Source: Spirochaetia bacterium
Lineage (GTDB): Bacteria > Spirochaetota > Spirochaetia > UBA9216
Direction of reading: 5' to 3'
DNA: 64,000 nt
Assembly: GCA_965140585.1 (NCBI GenBank)
Contig: OZ223264.1
Location: forward strand, 384,001 to 448,000
A model generated the notes under the pieces. It made no database searches, was not told the origin of the DNA, and saw nothing but the letters and a program-made list of their open reading frames with translations. Made by a program: the position numbers and the translations under genes. Shown one piece after another: positions 59,512 through 64,000 of the stretch. Position 1 is the stretch's first letter, and every line of letters starts with the position of its first letter.

Positions 59512-59641
59512 AAGCTATTCTAAGCAGGAGATGTTAAGCTGTAAAGCAGAAAAATTGATAAATTGTGCGATATGCCCTGATTAACCATTGACAGATTAGG
59601 GTGAAAACAGTTATTCTCGCAAAAATCTCAAGTGGAAGGAT

Positions 59642-60556
59642 ATGGATAAGATATTAAGGACAGAGTTTCTTGGGAAAGAGCTGAGTTCACCGCTGGTGCT
59701 GCCTGCAGGTGTCCTTGATATTTCATTCTCCAGTCTCAACTCTCTTTCCGGCGCAGGAGCCGGGATGGTAACTTCAAAATCACTTACAATTGAGCCCCGT
59801 AAAGGACATGAAGGTCCCGTAATAGCAGAAGTCGAAGGCGGAATGCTCAACTGCATGGGCTTATGCAATCCGGGCATCGATGAAGGAATCAGAGAACTTC
59901 AGAAATTTGAAAGTGCTGCCGGTGTTCTCAACCTAAGCATTTTTGCTACTGATGTTCACGGTTTCCGTGTTCTTGCTGAAAGAGCTAATTCCTCAAATGC
60001 TGATTTTCTTGAGCTGAACCTCTCATGTCCCAATGTTATGGATGAGTTCGGAGTTCCGCTGGCGGCATCTGCAGTGTCTGTAGCCGAGATTGTATCTGCA
60101 GTCAAGTCTGTCAGTAGACTTCCGGTTATAGCAAAGCTTTCTCCGAATGTTACAGGGTTTACAAAAATTGCTGCAGCAGCTGCCGAAGCAGGGGCTGATG
60201 CACTGTGTATGATTAATACTATAGGTCCCGGAATTGCTGTTGATATCGAAGCTGCACGTCCGGTTCTGTTCAATGTGACCGGCGGGCTCTCGGGGCCCTG
60301 TATCAAGCCTGTAGCGCTCCGGCTGGTTTATGAGTGCAGAAAAGCGGGACTCAGTCTTCCGATTATCGGAATGGGCGGAATTTCGAGCTGGCAGGATGTA
60401 GTCGAGATGATCATGGCGGGAGCGGATCTGGTAGGAGTCGGGACGGCTGTCTATTACAGCGGGCCTGAGGTTTTCAGAGAAATTAATGACGGCATCAGAA
60501 GTTTTCTTGAAAGAAAGCAGCTGACCGCAGTGACTGATATCAGTCGGATATATTGA
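59642..60556 (+). CDS. pyrD: Dihydroorotate dehydrogenase 1B catalytic subunit
   Basis: NCMGLCNPG, ELNLSCPN, KLSPN, INT, GGLSG, IIGMGGI. Confidence 0.96.
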   Translation: MDKILRTEFLGKELSSPLVLPAGVLDISFSSLNSLSGAGAGMVTSKSLTIEPRKGHEGPVIAEVEGGMLNCMGLCNPGIDEGIRELQKFESAAGVLNLSIFATDVHGFRVLAERANSSNADFLELNLSCPNVMDEFGVPLAASAVSVAEIVSAVKSVSRLPVIAKLSPNVTGFTKIAAAAAEAGADALCMINTIGPGIAVDIEAARPVLFNVTGGLSGPCIKPVALRLVYECRKAGLSLPIIGMGGISSWQDVVEMIMAGADLVGVGTAVYYSGPEVFREINDGIRSFLERKQLTAVTDISRIY

Positions 60557-60588
60557 ACCGGATCATTTTTTATGATCCGGTTTTTTTT
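60556..60588 (+). terminator. Terminator-like hairpin between pyrD and pyrK
   Basis: AACCGGATCAT-T5-ATGATCCGGTT plus T-tract; starts in the pyrD stop codon and abuts the pyrK SD. Confidence 0.8.
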
Positions 60589-60598
60589 GGAGTAAAAT

Positions 60599-61522
60599 AT
60601 GGTTAAAGACAGAAGAATTACAATACCGATTGCAGGAATAATTGAAGAAACTCCTGATGTAAGAACTTTCAGGTTTGATTTTAATCCCGGCGCAGCAGCC
60701 GGCCAGTTTGTAATGCTTACGGATTTCAACGGCGGAGAAAAGCCCTTTTCTATATCCGCCTGTGATGATTCAGGCCTTTCGGTAACCATTAAAAAAGTAG
60801 GTAATTTTACCGCCCGGCTGTTCAGTCTTCATGAGGGAGATATTATCAGTATCAGGGGACCTTACGGTTCCTCTTTTTTTATACCCGGCGAAGACCGCTC
60901 GGAAGCAGGTTCAGCAGCAGCCGGTGACAATGCGGACCTGAGCCGCCAATCAGCCGCCCGTGCAGGCATTGAACCCAAAAATTTTCGGCCGGTGCTCGCC
61001 GGAGGCGGATTCGGACTTCCGCCTCTTTACCTGCTTGCTGTAAAGCTTATCGAAAGCGGTGCAGCACCGTCGAATATCAGGGTTATATCAGCCGGAAGGA
61101 CAGCTGCAGACATTCTGTTTCGGGAAAGATTCGAGGCTCTCGGGGTTATTTTTACAGGAGTGGCCGAGGATGCATGCGGAGCTTCGGACGTCTTCGAAGG
61201 AACCGCTGCTGCGGCTCTTGAATCAATGAAGGGTGAGTACAACTTTGTATATTCTTCCGGCCCGGACCTGATGATGAAAAGCCTCATTCAGGTATTCGGT
61301 CCTGAGACGGATTACGATTTCCTTTTCGAGCGCTATATGAAATGTGCAATCGGTATTTGCGGTTCCTGTGTAATGGACCCCTCCGGAATCAGAGTCTGCA
61401 AGGAGGGACCGGCACTTAGCAGGGCTTTAGTGGAGCAGCTTGAAGATTTCGGAGTTTATAAAAGGACGGCAAGCGGCAGTGTTGAAAAGTTTAAAAACCG
61501 ATTTGCCGGGGAGTCTGTGTGA
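60599..61522 (+). CDS. pyrK: Dihydroorotate dehydrogenase electron-transfer subunit
   Basis: GQFVML, KPFSI, RGPYG, GGGFG, ERYMKCAIGICGSC...VCKEGP. Confidence 0.92.
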   Translation: MVKDRRITIPIAGIIEETPDVRTFRFDFNPGAAAGQFVMLTDFNGGEKPFSISACDDSGLSVTIKKVGNFTARLFSLHEGDIISIRGPYGSSFFIPGEDRSEAGSAAAGDNADLSRQSAARAGIEPKNFRPVLAGGGFGLPPLYLLAVKLIESGAAPSNIRVISAGRTAADILFRERFEALGVIFTGVAEDACGASDVFEGTAAAALESMKGEYNFVYSSGPDLMMKSLIQVFGPETDYDFLFERYMKCAIGICGSCVMDPSGIRVCKEGPALSRALVEQLEDFGVYKRTASGSVEKFKNRFAGESV

Positions 61523-62886
61523 TGAGTGCCTTACCGGATTCAGCTGATTTTAAAAGGCTCATTTTAAGAAACTGTTTAACTTCAGGCGGTTCTGTTGATA
61601 TGGAAATTGACTCTGTACAGATAATTTCTGTGTCTGCAGATGGTCAGAAGCTTAAGAACAGTACCGGCTGTGATGAGCTTGATCTTGCCGGAAAGACGGT
61701 AATTCCCGGAATGATAGACCCCCACGTGCATTTTCGCTGTCCCGGTGCATCCAATAAGGAAGACTGGATTTCCGGCGCTTCAGCAGCCCTTCACGGCGGC
61801 GTAACGGCAGTTTTTGACATGCCCAATAACAGTCCGGCCTTTGAATCAATGGATGTCCTTAATATGAAACGGGACGCCGCCTCTGAGGCCGATCTTTCCG
61901 GTCTGCCGTTGAAAAGATTTTTCTGGGCCGGCTGTTCAGAGGATTCAGTTGATGAGCTCCCGGTACTTCTGGCCGAAGCTGATGTTCCCGGTGTTAAGAT
62001 TTTTCTATCCGAATCAAGCGGAAACAGCAGCAGCTCTGCTGAGGATTTTCTAAAAAGAGTTTTCTCAATTGCTGCCGAGGCAGGCAAGCCTGTTGCAGTG
62101 CATTCCGAACTTGCCGCAAAGCTCAGGAAGCCGGGCAACTGGTCGGCTGAGTATAAGGGGCTTGAACTTCATAATATTCTGAGGCCTTCAGAGGCCGTGG
62201 CAGCAGGAACGGATCTGGTTCTGAAGATTGCCTCGGATACAGCGGCTAAAGTATATCTCTGCCATGTCTCAACTGCGGCGGAAATATACATGATACTGAA
62301 CCATAAAAAAAGGTATGGAGAAGATTCTGTTTATGGAGAACTCACTCCCCACCATCTTCTTTTGGATACAAATCATAAAGTAACAGGAGGGCCTCAGTCC
62401 TGGGCCAGGGTCAATCCTCCTGTCCGCGACGCCCTTGAACGGCAGATGATTGAAAAGGCATTCTGTGATGCTCTCAGTCTTTCAAGTACTGCCGCGATTG
62501 ACCTTTTCGGTACTGACCATGCTCCGCATATCCCGCAGGATAAATCAGATGATTTTATGGCATCACCTTCAGGATTTCCGGGGCTTGAAACGGTCCTTCC
62601 GCTTGCGGCCGGTTTTATTTTCGTTTTCAGCGGCGGGGTTAATCCGGAATCCATTGCAAGACTTCAGCATTTTACATCAGGACGGGCAGCAGAGATTTTC
62701 GGAATAAGTGAGGCGGGTAAAATCGAACATGGCGCTGCCGCATCTCTTGCAGTAATTGAGACTTGTCCGGAATACAGTGTTGATGCTGCATCATTCAGAA
62801 CAAAGGCAAAGTATTCGCCGTATAACGGAATGCGGCTTAAAACCAGAATATATAAAACCATAACCGGAGGAAAAATAATTGGATAA
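61519..62886 (+). CDS. pyrC: Dihydroorotase
   Basis: [40 protein letters not shown]; pyr context. Confidence 0.9.
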   Translation: MMSALPDSADFKRLILRNCLTSGGSVDMEIDSVQIISVSADGQKLKNSTGCDELDLAGKTVIPGMIDPHVHFRCPGASNKEDWISGASAALHGGVTAVFDMPNNSPAFESMDVLNMKRDAASEADLSGLPLKRFFWAGCSEDSVDELPVLLAEADVPGVKIFLSESSGNSSSSAEDFLKRVFSIAAEAGKPVAVHSELAAKLRKPGNWSAEYKGLELHNILRPSEAVAAGTDLVLKIASDTAAKVYLCHVSTAAEIYMILNHKKRYGEDSVYGELTPHHLLLDTNHKVTGGPQSWARVNPPVRDALERQMIEKAFCDALSLSSTAAIDLFGTDHAPHIPQDKSDDFMASPSGFPGLETVLPLAAGFIFVFSGGVNPESIARLQHFTSGRAAEIFGISEAGKIEHGAAASLAVIETCPEYSVDAASFRTKAKYSPYNGMRLKTRIYKTITGGKIIG

Positions 62887-64000
62887 CAAAACAAAATTTA
62901 TCAAGGGTCTTTACAGCATCGGGGCTGTGAAGTTTGGAAAGTTTACCCTAAAAAGCGGATTGGAATCTCCCTTCTATCTGGATCTCAGGAAGGTGATCTC
63001 TCATCCGGAACTTCACGATTTGATGTGTACCATGCTCACAGAAAAGGCTGCTGAACTGGATTTTAAATGCATCACCGGAATACCGTACACTGCACTTCCT
63101 TCGGCTGTGATTATGGCTGAAAGGCTGAAGAAGCCCCTGTTCATGCTGCGAAAGGAAGAGAAGACATACGGAGCAGGCGGTCTGGTAGTCGGCGACCCCG
63201 ACCTTAAAGGAAAGTGCCTTGTTGTTGACGACCTGATTACAACCGGAAGCTCAAAGTTTGAAACCGCCGACAGTCTTAAGCAGGAAGGCTTCAGCGTAGA
63301 GGACATTCTGGTAGTGATTGACCGCAGTCTTAACGGAACTGCAGAACTTGCTGCTGAGGGTCTGAAACTTCACAGTCTTGTATCGTTGGATGAGGTCGTA
63401 AGTGTACTTCTGGAAGACGGAAGTCTTGAGCAGGCAAAGGCTGATGAAATAAAAGCATTTACATCAGGCATTGCTCCGTCCAAATCTGCCGCAGTCGAAA
63501 ACAGCGTAGAGGCCAACAGCTTTACTGACAGGCTTCTTGGCGTAATTGAGAGGAAGAAGACAAACCTTATTCTTTCACTTGATACCGAGGACCCCGATAA
63601 GTTTTTCAGCATACTGGAAACTACTGCACAGTACATCGCCATGGTTAAAACCCATGTTGATATCATCAGGGATTTTACACCGGACTTCATCACAAGGCTC
63701 AGAAAACTTGCTTCAGATAAGGACTTCCTTATTTTTGAAGACCGCAAGTTCGCAGACATCGGAAACACAGTAAGCCACCAGTTCAGAGGCGGGGTATACC
63801 GGATTGCCGAATGGACAGATTGTGTAACAAGCCACCTAATCGCAGGCGAGGGAACCCTGAAAGGCCTGTTCAGCGAGGGATATAAAAACTCTGACGGCAA
63901 CGGCCAGGCGGCTTTCCTACTTGCCAGAATGTCGAGCAAGGGCAATCTGATAACACCTGATTACACAGATAAAGTTATTTCAACCGGAAAGGCAAATCCG
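62879..64000 (+). CDS. Bifunctional orotate phosphoribosyltransferase / OMP decarboxylase (UMP synthase), runs off the right edge; not in ORF track
   Basis: TTG start after GGAGG, 374 open codons: [36 protein letters not shown], then [39 protein letters not shown]. Confidence 0.95.
   Translation, partial: MDNKTKFIKGLYSIGAVKFGKFTLKSGLESPFYLDLRKVISHPELHDLMCTMLTEKAAELDFKCITGIPYTALPSAVIMAERLKKPLFMLRKEEKTYGAGGLVVGDPDLKGKCLVVDDLITTGSSKFETADSLKQEGFSVEDILVVIDRSLNGTAELAAEGLKLHSLVSLDEVVSVLLEDGSLEQAKADEIKAFTSGIAPSKSAAVENSVEANSFTDRLLGVIERKKTNLILSLDTEDPDKFFSILETTAQYIAMVKTHVDIIRDFTPDFITRLRKLASDKDFLIFEDRKFADIGNTVSHQFRGGVYRIAEWTDCVTSHLIAGEGTLKGLFSEGYKNSDGNGQAAFLLARMSSKGNLITPDYTDKVISTGKANP

Noticed and set aside
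63013-63945. Minus-strand ORFs of 97 and 191 aa
   Set aside because: Antisense shadows of the plus-strand UMP synthase that the track missed

Overview
AT-rich chromosomal window, most likely from a free-living spirochaete (inferred from spirochaetal lipoboxes, a BMP/PnrA nucleoside ABC system and an FSPNGDG-repeat OmpA protein). Housekeeping and metabolic blocks are galT-galK-galE with LacI, nucleoside salvage (pdp, punA, ABC transporter, deoB), pheST, a pyr operon and several two-component proteins. Accessory blocks are a lipoprotein/outer-membrane cluster facing a hybrid kinase-REC-LuxR protein; a GxxExxY nuclease, ccdAB and NERD islet; a decayed flavin oxidoreductase; and a sigma54-controlled NhaC/RidA/PatB/DUF169 operon. 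Features missing from the ORF track are: (1) a Phe-rich leader peptide and attenuator before pheS; (2) a eukaryote-type OPRTase-OMP decarboxylase fusion running off the right end; (3) a ~125-nt fold-back before the GxxExxY gene plus a ~50-nt dispersed repeat (3 copies), each lying just outside a TTGAC -35 box; (4) a terminator overlapping the pyrD stop codon; (5) many apparently leaderless genes; (6) palindromic operators and one frameshifted gene. No rRNA, tRNA, CRISPR array or transposase was recognised. All family calls come from motifs read by eye, and no searches were run.
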